From Planktothrix sp. GU0601_MAG3 (GTDB lineage Bacteria; Cyanobacteriota; Cyanobacteriia; Cyanobacteriales; Microcoleaceae), in the NCBI GenBank assembly GCA_035193785.1, contig CP136572.1, forward strand, positions 3,476,578 to 3,540,577: DNA of 64,000 bases, written 5' to 3'. Positions 22,523 to 33,417 of the stretch are shown in pieces. The position numbers were made by a program, and so were the translations under genes. The notes beneath the pieces were generated by a model that was not told the origin of the DNA, did no database searches, and worked only from the letters and a program-made list of their open reading frames with translations. Within the stretch, counting starts at the first letter, position 1. Each line of letters opens with the position of its first letter.

Positions 22523-22762
22523 CTAAGCAACGGCTTCAACTTCGGCAATTTCAGGAATTCTTTCGCGCAAACGGCGTTCAATTCCCATTTTTAAGGTCAT
22601 CGTCGAACTGGGACAAGAACCACAGGCCCCTTGGAGTCGGACTCGAACAATCGGGCCATCAAGTTCAACGATTTGTACATTTCCCCCATCCGCCATCAGA
22701 TAAGGGCGAAGTTCATCTAAAACTGTCTCTACGTTTTCTTCAGTTAGTGCTAATGTAGTCAT
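22523..22762 (-). CDS. nfuA: NifU-like Fe-S carrier NfuA
   Basis: [12 protein letters not shown] and [20 protein letters not shown] motifs. Confidence 0.92.
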   Translation of the reverse strand: MTTLALTEENVETVLDELRPYLMADGGNVQIVELDGPIVRVRLQGACGSCPSSTMTLKMGIERRLRERIPEIAEVEAVA

Positions 22763-22867
22763 GGTTTACCTTAAATTGATGGTACAGAATTCGATTTAAC
22801 GGCGGGTTGTTGACCCTAACGTTATTTGCAGATCAATTAATTCTAGGTTATTGATCGCTGATCAAAG

Positions 22868-23519
22868 TTAAACAGCAACGGGTTCAAGTAGTTTGACTTG
22901 GGAATAGTTAAACTCCGTTTTTGTGGTTTTGTCGGCTTCTTTAGAATGAACTACTTGGCGAGTCATAATGTAATAGTTGCCAAATTTTTCAAAGGTATCT
23001 TCAAACTCAAGTTCCTTGATAATTTCTTGAGTTTGAGGGTTACGAAATACCGCATCATAACGGGCGGCTGCGTAACCTTCTCCGGTGTCCAAACTTTCAT
23101 GGGTATTAATCACAAATGCCATCCGACCCATGACGCGGCTAACCCGAGAAATTTGATCGCCACGCACGGAATAATTTGATCCCATGGCGTCACCTTCGAC
23201 TATGATTCCTAAAGCCCCAGTATCGTCAATTTCTCCCAAACTGAATTTGTTTTTTCCATGGGCTTGTTCAAAAGAACTGCGTTTACGATGGGTGACCACA
23301 TCCCGCAGTTGGGTATAGACGCTTTGCTTGACTTCTTCGTCGGCAATTTGACTCACTTCCACCGTCATGTCTGGGTTAATCTGAATCTGTCCGGTGTAGA
23401 CTTCATCCCCCTGTTTCAGTTTCAATATCGGCTCGATAACCCGGGAAGTGAGAGTCCCAGGTATAACGATGTTCATAAGCAGTCCGAAATAAATCTAAAG
23501 CGTTTTTTGATTCGGCCAT
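22868..23519 (-). CDS. DUF3386 family protein (apparent frameshift at ~23413-23423)
   Basis: MAESKNALDLFRTAYEHRYTWDSHFPGYRADIE joins LKQGDEVY; FEQAHGKNKF motif. Confidence 0.75.
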
Positions 23520-23654
23520 AAAATGGTTAGGGATGAACAGCACTATAATTCCTATTATAGAATATTAAACGGTGACTGGGTTCCGTATCAAAAAAAAATA
23601 GACTAAACTTAAGGATTAGAGATTAAAATTCACCCATTATTATTGAAAACAATT

Positions 23655-24845
23655 ATGTCTAAACGTCCAATTTATCTGGATTGTAACGCCACAACCCCCG
23701 TTGATCCCTTGGTTTTAGCAGCAATGTTACCCTATTTTACGGAATATTTTGGTAATGCCGCTAGTATTAATCATATTTATGGGTGGGAAGCTGAAGCGGC
23801 GGTGAAACAAGCTAGAGAAATTATTGCTAATGGGATTAACTGCTCTGTCGAAGAAATTATTTTCACCAGTGGAGCTACGGAATCTAATAATTTAGCCTTA
23901 AAAGGAGTGGCTGAAGCCTATTTTAATAAAGGCAGACATATTATTACCGTTATAACTGAACATAATGCCGTTCTTGATCCCTGTAATTATTTAGAAACTT
24001 TGGGGTTTGAAGTTACTTATCTGGGGGTAAAACCCGATGGACTGATTAATTTAGCTGACCTTCAAACCGCCCTGCGTCCCGATACTATTTTAGTTTCGAT
24101 TATGGCAGCCAATAATGAAATTGGGGTACTGCAACCCCTGGCTGAAATTGGAGAAATTTGTCATAATCATGGAGTTTTATTTCATACCGATGCCGCCCAA
24201 GCAGTTGGGAAGATTCCCTTAGATGTTCAGCAATTAAATATTGATTTAATGTCTTTAACCGCCCATAAAATTTATGGCCCTAAAGGCATCGGAGCGTTAT
24301 ATATTCGGCGGAGAGATCCTAGAGTTAAATTAGCACCTCAAATCCATGGTGGGGGGCATGAACGGGGAATGCGTTCGGGAACTTTATGTACCCCCCAAAT
24401 TGTCGGATTTGCTAAGGCGATTGAGATTGCCCTATGCCAAAGACTAACAGAAACTCAACAATTAATTCAACTCAGAGAAACCCTCTGGAATCAATTATCA
24501 ACCCTAGAAGGAATTTATTTGAATGGTCATCCAACCCAACGGTTAGCGGGGAATTTAAACATTAGTATTGACGGCGTTGATGGTCAAGCATTACTATTAG
24601 GATTACAAACAATGATGGCGGTATCCTCTGGTTCCGCTTGTACCTCAACAAAAATTGAACCTTCCCACGTTTTAAAAGCATTAGGTCATTCGGATAATTT
24701 AGCCTATGCTTCAATTCGTTTTGGTTTGGGTCGGTTCACCACGGCATCGGAAATCGACCAAGTGGCAGAGCATACGATCAACACCATTCGAGCCTTGAGA
24801 AAAGTCCGATCTCGCTCAACAACTATTTCAATTTTGCCTAATTAG
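23655..24845 (+). CDS. iscS: Cysteine desulfurase (IscS/NifS class)
   Basis: IYLDCNATTP, FTSGATESNN, HTDAAQ, TAHKIYGPKG (PLP lysine), SSGSACTS. Confidence 0.92.
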   Translation: MSKRPIYLDCNATTPVDPLVLAAMLPYFTEYFGNAASINHIYGWEAEAAVKQAREIIANGINCSVEEIIFTSGATESNNLALKGVAEAYFNKGRHIITVITEHNAVLDPCNYLETLGFEVTYLGVKPDGLINLADLQTALRPDTILVSIMAANNEIGVLQPLAEIGEICHNHGVLFHTDAAQAVGKIPLDVQQLNIDLMSLTAHKIYGPKGIGALYIRRRDPRVKLAPQIHGGGHERGMRSGTLCTPQIVGFAKAIEIALCQRLTETQQLIQLRETLWNQLSTLEGIYLNGHPTQRLAGNLNISIDGVDGQALLLGLQTMMAVSSGSACTSTKIEPSHVLKALGHSDNLAYASIRFGLGRFTTASEIDQVAEHTINTIRALRKVRSRSTTISILPN

Positions 24846-25263
24846 AATTCTGTTTTTCCAGCCAACTTAAAACATCTTCCTCCGAGTCTAAATCATAGGT
24901 TAGCCCACTTTTTGGATCATAAATATGCCACTGGACGGAATTCCCCAAATTATAACTTTTCCAAATATAAGGTTCTGATTTTATGGAAGAATAGGAGAAT
25001 TGAATGGGTTGATTTAAAACCAGCCAAAGGGTTCGGAATAAATTAAATTTTTTTGTTGAATTGGGGTCGGAAGAATCGAGTTTAAAACAGCCCTCGATAT
25101 GGTCAAATGTTTGTTTTTCTGACAAATTTTTAGCGCAAAAAACCACCAAAGAACGCCATATTTTACTTTGATAAAATCCCGATACTCCCTGCTCATCCGA
25201 AGGCAATAAAGCCGTCTCAGGAATTAATTCCAATTTTCGATAAATTTCCCATTGAGTTTCCAT
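24838..25263 (-). CDS. Hypothetical protein
   Basis: ORF of ~141 aa ending in EPYIW...WHIYDPKSG...SEEDVLSWLE, a motif common in cyanobacterial hypothetical proteins. Confidence 0.65.
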   Translation of the reverse strand: METQWEIYRKLELIPETALLPSDEQGVSGFYQSKIWRSLVVFCAKNLSEKQTFDHIEGCFKLDSSDPNSTKKFNLFRTLWLVLNQPIQFSYSSIKSEPYIWKSYNLGNSVQWHIYDPKSGLTYDLDSEEDVLSWLEKQNSN

Positions 25264-25482
25264 AAGAAACACTCCTTTTTAAGAAGGTTGAGGTGCTAAA
25301 AACGGCCCTGACATTTTGAGTCTGAGTATCAAGCCTGTTGCCATCGGGTTCAAACGGAACAAAGAAACATTCATCCCCCGGTTTCCTCCCCTCCTGAATA
25401 GTCGGTTGATTGATAGGAACAGCCCGAATAAATATTTTCCCTACTGTATTTATTGTTACAGAAATTTCTGAACTTATCAAGA

Positions 25483-25691
25483 GGGAATGGGGAATGGGGA
25501 ATGGGGAATGGGGAATGGGTAATGGGTAATGGGTAATGGGTAATGGGTAATGGGTAATGGGTAATGGGTAATGGGTAATGGGGAATGGGGAATGGGGAAT
25601 GGGTAATGGGTAATGGGTAATGGGGAATGGGGAATGGGGAATGGGGAATGGGTAATGGGTAATGGGTAATGGGTAATGGGTAATGGGGAAT
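25483..25691. repeat. STRR heptamer array (GGGAATG/GGTAATG, ~30 copies)
   Basis: Directly visible. Confidence 0.92.
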
Positions 25692-26106
25692 AGTGGGTTA
25701 CAAGGTTTATTATTGTCAAACAGCTTAATTGGTAGTGGAAGGTAGTCTCCCTGCGAAAACACTTGCATCGTCACGGGATTGTCACTTTTTAGGTGTACCT
25801 TGGACAGTAAGAATAAAGGAAATATAATTTTAGTTAAGTTTAGTTAATTAAAATAGGACTCAAGTTAAATTTAGTTCATAAATTAATAACTAATAACCCA
25901 TCATTAAATATGTTATAATACAAAGTGTGGCTTTCTCATATAACTGCTTAGGGTTTGGGTGCTGAGAATTTAAAAAAATTCCTATTCACAGTCTATAAAA
26001 AATAAATTATTGATGTGAATAAAGCTGATTTAACAACAATCAGTATACGGCAGTCTGTGTGAAACAATAAATCTCAAAAATAATATTAGCATTAAACGAT
26101 GAATTT

Positions 26107-27343
26107 ATGTATAAATTATCTAATTCCTTCAAGCCTATATTAGAATCTCGATTTACGGTAAATCGCTGGAGTGCTTTTTGGGGTGAGCTTTTAAGTAACA
26201 GTGGTTACTTTTTAATCCTCAAAAGTCTCTCTACTATTATTTCTAAAAGTTGGATTGAATATTTTACTAACCCCACAGAATATTTATTAATTGTAGCCAT
26301 GTTAGTCCAAGCATGGATTCTTTCTCGTCCCAATTCCAATCGATTTTGGGGAAATTTGGTTGGAGTTGGTTTGTACACAGCCATGGATTTACCCATTGAC
26401 GGACTAAGTTTTTTTCAAGAACCTATTCATCTAGTATTTTTAATATTTTCTTTAATCATTGCTACTCTCCAAGGACTAAGATTCCATAGTAATTTAAAAG
26501 CAGATTGGTTATTATTTCCCCTGGAAAGTATAACCAGAACTTTAATGATTATTGCTTTTTATATTGTCGTTGAAATTTCTAAAGACTCCAATAGATTATA
26601 CGGGAAAACTTTTCTGAATTTTCTTCAAAGTAAAACCCACTCATTTTTAACCTTAAGTCTGATTTTAATTGGGTTACTGTTGGGTTTACAGGCGTTTCAA
26701 CTCTCACAACAGCGAAATCAACTCCAACAGACCGCAAGACTCTTAGGAAATATGGCGGAATGGGGGATGGGGAGTTATATGGTGGAAATGGCTTTAAATA
26801 ATCCTGAAGATTTGGCGTTTCAAAAATGCGATCGCACTATTTTATTTATGGATATTCGCGGTTTTACCCAATGGTGTGAACAAACAAAACCCGATATTGT
26901 CGCCCAAGTTTTAAACCATTATTATCAAACAGTAGAAACCAGAATCTTCACGATATCATCCCTTGAAAATCACCCTAGCCGGAGATGAAATTATGGCAAT
27001 TTATTCCACCCCACAACAGGGAATTCAAGCGGCTCAGGCGATGCAAGCAGCAGCTAAAACCGTTCTTAATCCCTACGGTTTGGGGGCGGGTTGTAGTGTT
27101 CACTGTGGGGAAGTAATTGAAGGATTATTTGGCGGCAAAAAAGTTAGAACCTATACCGTTATTGGAGATGTGGTGAATACGGGTAAACGTTTGGAAGGAA
27201 TTACTCCGGCTGGAGAAATCACCCTTTCTGATCCCATTTATCAAGCCTTAAATTGTAAACTCAATGTTCAACCTTGTGACCCAATTTTTGTTAAAGGAAA
27301 AGTCGAACCTTTAATTGCTTGGCGCTTAAACAGTTATCAGTAA
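26107..27343 (+). CDS. Membrane-anchored class III adenylate/guanylate cyclase (apparent frameshift at 26935-26939)
   Basis: Several TM helices, TILFMDIRGFT, AGDEIMA, YTVIGDVVNTGKRLEG, VKGK. Confidence 0.85.
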
Positions 27344-27412
27344 ACAGTTATCAGTCAACAGTATAAGAGTTAATTTATTAACTAACAACTAACAACTAAT
27401 AACTAATAACTG

Positions 27413-27474
27413 GTACGGGCGGTTTTTTTTAGATCTTTGTTAATCACCGCGCATCTTGATGAACCCGCCCCTAC
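27413..27474. repeat. REP-like inverted pair (GTAnGGGCGGnTT...AACCCGCCCCTAC family)
   Basis: Same family recurs at 38879-38937, 51384-51553, 57445-57997 and 60049-60110. Confidence 0.75.
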
Positions 27475-27495
27475 AACTGATAACTGATGACTGAT

Positions 27496-28849
27496 TTAGG
27501 GTTTTCTCCACTGTCTGACAAATTCATCTAAGGTAGCTGGAGGAATTTGACTTTGTAGCCATTCTAGTGCCTTAATTTGACCGGGTAAACCCTTATAGTA
27601 TTTACAGACATCCTCTAATTTAATACTGGGTGGTGGTAGGGTTTGTTGATTCCATTTTTGAGCCAATTCACTTAAGAGGGTGGGGGAAATTTTCTCCTGT
27701 AACCAGCGCAAGGCTTGATCTTGATTAGGCAAACCTCGATAATATTTACAAACATTAATGAACTTTACAGAAACAGTTGGAACCTTTGTTTGGTTTCTCC
27801 ATAGTTTAGAAAATTCTAATAATATAGTCTGGGGAATTTGTGGCTCAAACCATGTTAGCACTTGATCCTGATTCGGAGTTCCTTTATAAACTTTACAAAT
27901 ATCAATGAGTTCAATACTGGGAATAGGTGCAGGTGCGGGCGTGGGTTCGGGCGTGGGTGCGGGTGTAGGTACGGGTGTGGGTACAGGTGTGGGTACAGGT
28001 GTGAGTTCGGGTGTGAGTTCGGGCGTGGGCGTAGGTGCGGGTGTAGGTTCGACACTTCCCACGGGTAGAACAAAAGAATCTGAGGGCCCCATCAAGGCTG
28101 TCCAGGTCTTTAACCCGGCGACTCCATCCGCTTGTAACTGTTTTTTTTGCTGAAATTTGATTAAAGCGGTTTCCGTACCATTGCCAAAACTCCCATCAAT
28201 AGTTTCCGGGATCATGACCTTGATTTTTCAGAAGGGTTTGAATCTTTTCAACTTTTGTTCCCTTATCTCCTCTGCGAATACTTTCAAATAAATTAACATC
28301 CACACCCCCAGTAATTCCCTCAACTTTGCCTTGATCGGTAAATTGCCAAAATACCCAGGTTTTCCAACCGCCAGGAATAATCGGTTGTTCAGCCGTGGTA
28401 TAATGGGCAATCCACAGTGGATAATCGGAAAAACGAGTGGTATTGAGTTTTTGCCAAAACCCAGGATAGGTGTAAATAATCGGACGAAAACCCGTTTCTT
28501 TTTCAATCACATCGATCCATTGGGCGGCTCGGTCACAGAGAGTTTTAGTATCTACGGTTCCCATGGTTTCAATGTCCAAAACCGGGGGGAGATCTCCAGG
28601 TTGGAGTTTAACGGTTTTCAGAAAATGATAGGCTTGTTTAATAGGATCACTATCAGGCCTGAAAAAATGATAGGCGCCCCGAATTAAACCGTTAGCTTTT
28701 GTTTGTTCCCAATAGCTGGGGAAAACCTTACAAACAAAGGTTTCTCCTTCTGTTGATTTAATCACAGCAAAGGAAATCCCAGAACGGGCAACGGCTTGCC
28801 AATCTACTGTAGGCTGGTAATCTGAAACGTCAATACCCCGAATACTCAT
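27496..28849 (-). CDS. GH25 muramidase with peptidoglycan-binding domain, Pro/Thr linker and three C-terminal repeats (apparent frameshift at 28202-28206)
   Basis: [28 protein letters not shown]-binding [17 protein letters not shown]...ADGVAG. Confidence 0.88.
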
Positions 28850-28952
28850 TAGTTTAAAAGTTGAGGAACAAAGAGCGATCGTGTCGTCAATACTAGAGTT
28901 AAAAAGCAACTTCCATTATTCTACCACAACTATTCACCGAGGATTGATCACG

Positions 28953-29618
28953 ATGAAAAAAACCTTGACAAAAAGGACGATTCAACAGAAAGTCGGGAAA
29001 TTTTTATTAATGTTAATGGTTTTAGGTTTACCGCAGTCGAGTTTAGCCCAATCCGAGCCAAATTCCCCGACTTTTAAAACCTTTCAAGATTGGTGTTTGA
29101 GTCGTCAGCAATTGTCACCGGAGGTAAAAAGAACCCTGGATGTTTTATTGCAACAAGTGGGAACTTCCAATTGCGATCGCGCCAGTCAAATGTTAGCAGA
29201 AAAAAAAGCGTTAGATTTAAGTACCTTTCTCCTCTCGGATTTAAGTCCCCTACAAGGATTAACCCATATTACTGTCTTGAAGGTCGGAAATAATAATATT
29301 TCCGATCTAACTCCCTTAAAAAGTTTGACTAATTTAGAAGAATTGGATTTAAGTTATAATAAAATCACGGATATTAGCCCCTTACAATACTTGACTAAAT
29401 TAGTCCGAATTAATCTCAGCTATAATCAAATTTCTGATGTTTCCCCCCTTCAGGGTTTAAATGTTGCCAGTGAAATTAATCTCAATAATAATCAGGTGGC
29501 TGATATTACACCCTTAAAATCGTTGAATAAAATTCGTTTTTTGTTTGTGCAAAATAACCCCCTGAAATCGACTGAATGCCCGATTACTCCTAAATATATT
29601 TGTCGTTTTGATAGGTGA
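28953..29618 (+). CDS. Secreted leucine-rich-repeat (internalin-like) protein
   Basis: Signal peptide; 22-aa LxxLxLxxNxIxDxxPL repeats. Confidence 0.85.
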   Translation: MKKTLTKRTIQQKVGKFLLMLMVLGLPQSSLAQSEPNSPTFKTFQDWCLSRQQLSPEVKRTLDVLLQQVGTSNCDRASQMLAEKKALDLSTFLLSDLSPLQGLTHITVLKVGNNNISDLTPLKSLTNLEELDLSYNKITDISPLQYLTKLVRINLSYNQISDVSPLQGLNVASEINLNNNQVADITPLKSLNKIRFLFVQNNPLKSTECPITPKYICRFDR

Positions 29619-29625
29619 TGCCAAT

Positions 29626-30285
29626 TTATTTTTGGGGAAATTCATCCGGGTCTAATTCATCTAATCCTAAAGAAATTTGTTTTAACTGAAGAATTAATCC
29701 CAGGGTAACTTGCTTCATCAATGTATAGGATATGGTAATGAAGACAAAGGTAACAATCACCACAAACAAAGGTTTTTTATTGGTTAAATCATCTAAAGTT
29801 TGCAAGAAAACTACATCGGGTTGAGTCACCAAATCCCAACTATTAAACCGCCTAAATCTTCCTAAATAAACCCCAAGCGCACATAAAATATGAGTCATAA
29901 TTTCCGAAGCAAAAATATATTGTTTCACCCCTTGCCTTTTCAAATAATGCCCTTGATTAATTAACGATAAAACATAGAGTTGTAAACCCGCCATAATTGC
30001 AAATACATGGAGTGGAATAAAAATTAGGGTAATTACCCAAACGGAATACCCAGCCTGAATAATCCGAATTAAATGAATAATATCTGTGAGCAGATAGGGA
30101 GCATTGGGTAAGAAAGCAATAAAAATAATATAAACAATCCACCAACCCCAATTTCGCGCTATCACTTTTCTGCGAAATAACCAAAAACTCAAGGCCCAAG
30201 GAATAAATGCTAGGAATAGATTCCAAATAATCCAACCACTGTGTCGGTCAAAGATCTCCAGTGTATTTGCTAACATTTCTCGCAT
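29626..30285 (-). CDS. DUF1361 family membrane protein
   Basis: WNLFLAFIP, FLPNAPYLLTDIIHL and GVYLGRFRRFNSWD motifs. Confidence 0.85.
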   Translation of the reverse strand: MREMLANTLEIFDRHSGWIIWNLFLAFIPWALSFWLFRRKVIARNWGWWIVYIIFIAFLPNAPYLLTDIIHLIRIIQAGYSVWVITLIFIPLHVFAIMAGLQLYVLSLINQGHYLKRQGVKQYIFASEIMTHILCALGVYLGRFRRFNSWDLVTQPDVVFLQTLDDLTNKKPLFVVIVTFVFITISYTLMKQVTLGLILQLKQISLGLDELDPDEFPQK

Positions 30286-30448
30286 TCTGTTTTCGGGTTG
30301 ATCGTTAAATTATGCTTGTTTAGTATAACAACTCGACTCTAAAGAATTCCGTAAAACCTATTATTTAGGGTGATATTCCCCCTATATTTGATAAATTTAG
30401 GACTACAATGGAATCTCAAACCAACAGTTACACCGGAGAAAAATTACC

Positions 30449-31297
30449 ATGAATCAATTTAAAACAGTAGCTTTGCTGGGATTATTAAGCGCCCTGTTAG
30501 TTATGATTAGCTATTGGGTAATTGGGGGAACTAGCGGTTTATTGGTGGGTATCATATTAGCCGCGGTAACTAATTTGGGAAGTTGGTATTTTTCCGATCA
30601 AATTGCTCTCAAAGCCTATAATGCCCAACCCGTTACCATCGAACAGGCCCCAGGATTATATGCCATGGTACAACGGTTATGCGATCGCGCTAATTTACCC
30701 CTACCAGGGATTTATATTGTCCCGACTCCGGCGGCCAATGCCTTCGCCACCGGTCGAGATCCCCAACACGCCGCCGTTGCTGTCACCGAAGGGATTATGA
30801 ATCTCTTACCCGAGGACGAATTAGAGGCCGTAATTGCCCATGAATTAAGCCATGTTAATAATCGAGATACCCTGATTCAATCGGTGGCGGCAACCATCGC
30901 GGGGGCTATTTCTGGACTCGCTCAATTTGCCAGTTATTCGATGTGGTTTGGAGGTCGCAATCGGAATGGAGGGGGAAATCCTATAGGATTATTATTAACA
31001 ATAATTCTAGCTCCCATCGCCGCTACTGTAATTCAATTAGCTATTTCTCGAACTAGGGAATTTTCCGCCGATGCTGGTGCGGCTAAATTAACCGGAAATC
31101 CTAAAGCTTTAGCCAGAGCTTTACAACGGTTAGATGCCACAGCTAGACAGATACCAATTGCAGGAAATCCTGCCTTTGAAGCTCTATTAATTATGAATAG
31201 TTTTTCAGGACAAACAATGGCAAGTTTATTTTCAACCCACCCAACAACAGAAGCTAGAATTCAAGCATTACTTAAGTTGGATCAACAAATGTCTTGA
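30449..31297 (+). CDS. htpX: Zinc metalloprotease HtpX (M48)
   Basis: NAFATGR, AHELSH, SRTREFSAD, FSTHP. Confidence 0.92.
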   Translation: MNQFKTVALLGLLSALLVMISYWVIGGTSGLLVGIILAAVTNLGSWYFSDQIALKAYNAQPVTIEQAPGLYAMVQRLCDRANLPLPGIYIVPTPAANAFATGRDPQHAAVAVTEGIMNLLPEDELEAVIAHELSHVNNRDTLIQSVAATIAGAISGLAQFASYSMWFGGRNRNGGGNPIGLLLTIILAPIAATVIQLAISRTREFSADAGAAKLTGNPKALARALQRLDATARQIPIAGNPAFEALLIMNSFSGQTMASLFSTHPTTEARIQALLKLDQQMS

Positions 31298-31323
31298 TTC
31301 AGATTTATACAGAAGAAGATGGT

Positions 31324-31475
31324 TTCGGCGGTTGAAACCGCAGCTACATAAACAAAGTTCGGCGGTTGAAACCGCAGCTACATAAACAAAGTTCGGCGGT
31401 TGAAACCGCAGCTACATAAACAAAGTTCGGCGGTTGAAACCGCAGCTACATAAACAAAGTCCGCCTGCGCGGACT
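31324..31475. repeat. Four perfect 34-bp tandem repeats plus terminal palindrome
   Basis: TTCGGCGGTTGAAACCGCAGCTACATAAACAAAG x4, ending in AGTCCGC-CTGC-GCGGACT. Confidence 0.92.
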
Positions 31476-31594
31476 AAAAGATAACAAAATATTGCTCATT
31501 GTCAACCTTTTACTTAGTTGCTATACTGTAGACACTCTGTATATACATCATAAAAAATGGTGAATTTCTCAGGGTGATATTATTAGCTGGAGGA

Positions 31595-31777
31595 TTAGGC
31601 TATGGTTGGGACAATCGCAAAGTGGGGAAACAGGGTGATCACTGTTCCCCATTGTTGGAGTTGCTGACGAATATATTCACGCACATAAAAATGACCCCCT
31701 GAAGCCAGATAGGGGTCACGTTCTCTAATAATTTGTTGTAAATGCTCGGTTAATTGAGATTTTAAATTTAACTTCAT
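31595..31777 (-). pseudogene. 5' remnant of an M28-family peptidase
   Basis: LTEHLQQIIRERDPYLASGGHFYVREYIRQQLQQWG resembles the N-terminus of cyanobacterial M28 peptidases; no room for the remainder. Confidence 0.6.
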
Positions 31778-31965
31778 TGATGATCTTATCTTGAAAAAAT
31801 TCTTAGCTTTTATTTTAACATAAATTTGAAAAAATAAGTTTAAGAAATTTTGTCAAAATTTAATAATTGTAAGTAACAAAAACTTTTATTTTTGGGTATA
31901 GATTTTTCTGCGATATTATTCATGGTTTTTGACCCGATGAACGGTATAATTTATTCGGGTTGGGT

Positions 31966-32181
31966 TCAGGAAACTTTCTGCTCCTGTTCATCGGGTATGC
32001 CATAAAACTCCGCATCTGCCCGATCTAATAAGTAAATAAAGGGTAGGGCGGCTAAGGAACAGGATTTCCAGTGACTTTGGACAGGCGCGTAAAACATCTG
32101 ACAGATTCCCCCCCGTCTGCCTTCTGGTTTGTAGTGGAGGCAATTACGGCAATTTGAGGGAACTGCATTTTCCCTGTTCAT
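31966..32181 (-). CDS. Small Cys-rich hypothetical protein
   Basis: CRNCLHYKPEGRRGGICQ...VQSHWKSCSLA, four Cys, possible metal binding. Confidence 0.7.
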   Translation of the reverse strand: MNRENAVPSNCRNCLHYKPEGRRGGICQMFYAPVQSHWKSCSLAALPFIYLLDRADAEFYGIPDEQEQKVS

Positions 32182-32516
32182 GTTGATCGATCCCAAATAA
32201 TTATATAAACTCAATTATGGATGATCAATTTCCTTAACTTTGTTATCTAACTTACAGTTCAACTATATTTTTGTTAAGTTTAATTAAGTTTCCGTCTCCG
32301 GGTAAAATCCTGCTTCCGAGAGTTGAAAAAATATTGTGTTGCACAGAAAGAGGATTAAATAATATTTGCCCAAAAAATATACAAAAATTCTGTTAACTGT
32401 AAGTACAGAACCAGATGATAACACCAATCCCCGGCTAAAAGTTGACGCTTGACAGACAAGTGTGTACAGTCAACAGTTACGAACCCCAAACCGTGATCTT
32501 TTATCCGTTGTTAAAA

Positions 32517-33032
32517 ATGAGTTTATTGGCGAAAATTGAAGCAATTTTGTATTTAAAAGGTCAGTCGCTTTCCATTGCTGGACTCGCAGAATTAGCCGGG
32601 TGCGATCGCACCGAAGTAGAAGAAGCACTCATTCAACTGATGTCCGACTATGCCCATCGAGATAGTGCCTTAGAAGTCGTAGAAACCGATTCTGGATATA
32701 GCCTACAACTGCGAGAAGCCTATCGGTCATTAATGCAAAGCTTAGTAGCACCGGAGTTAGGGGTAGGTGCCTTGAGAACTTTAGCCGCGATCGCCCTCAA
32801 AGGTGGCATTACCCAAACCGATTTAGTAGAATTAAGGGGGTCAGGAGCCTATCAACAGGTCACCGAGTTGGTAGAACTGGGATTTGTTCAGAAACGCAAA
32901 CAAGCTAACTCCCGCTCCCATTGGTTACAAGTGACCAAAAAATTCCATCAGTATTTCCAAGTTGATCAGCTTCCCCAACAACTCTCATTAAATTTTAGCG
33001 ATGATTTACCCCTCGACGCCCCTTTACAATAA
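32517..33032 (+). CDS. scpB: SMC-Scp complex subunit ScpB
   Basis: KIEAILY, ALRTLAAIA, ITQTDLVELRG, VTKKFHQYF. Confidence 0.9.
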   Translation: MSLLAKIEAILYLKGQSLSIAGLAELAGCDRTEVEEALIQLMSDYAHRDSALEVVETDSGYSLQLREAYRSLMQSLVAPELGVGALRTLAAIALKGGITQTDLVELRGSGAYQQVTELVELGFVQKRKQANSRSHWLQVTKKFHQYFQVDQLPQQLSLNFSDDLPLDAPLQ

Positions 33033-33075
33033 GATAAACTATAGATAGCATAAGCATGATATAGAGACGCAGATC

Positions 33076-33417
33076 ATGGTTTTTAACTCTGACTTCCTTA
33101 AATCTGATGTTCAAGAGACCGCCGAAAATCCGTTGTTAACCTACCTGCAAAGTCAACATCCCGATGTTCTGGCAACAGTTGCTCAGTCTGCGAGTTTGGA
33201 AATTAAAGAAATCATTAGTAAAAACGTCCAAGGATTAGTCGGGGTACTCCCCTCCGATCACTTTGATGTGCAGATTACAACCAACCGCGAAAACTTGGCG
33301 GGTCTGTTAGCATCGGCAATGATGACTGGGTACTTTTTACGCCAAATGGAACAACGGATGCACCTAGAAGAAAACCTATCCCGCACCGCTTCGATTGATT
33401 CCAAAACACCGGATTAA
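33076..33417 (+). CDS. DUF760 family protein
   Basis: NPLLTYLQ...ENLAGLLASAMMTGYFLRQMEQR. Confidence 0.85.
   Translation: MVFNSDFLKSDVQETAENPLLTYLQSQHPDVLATVAQSASLEIKEIISKNVQGLVGVLPSDHFDVQITTNRENLAGLLASAMMTGYFLRQMEQRMHLEENLSRTASIDSKTPD

Noticed and set aside
25217..25774. PITHY/PIPHS repeat ORFs
   Set aside because: Open frames through a stop-free STRR heptamer array.
27496..28849. Prophage lysis gene
   Set aside because: No holin, structural or other phage genes nearby.
31324..31459. CRISPR array (repeat contains GTTGAAAC)
   Set aside because: Head-to-tail repeats without spacers.
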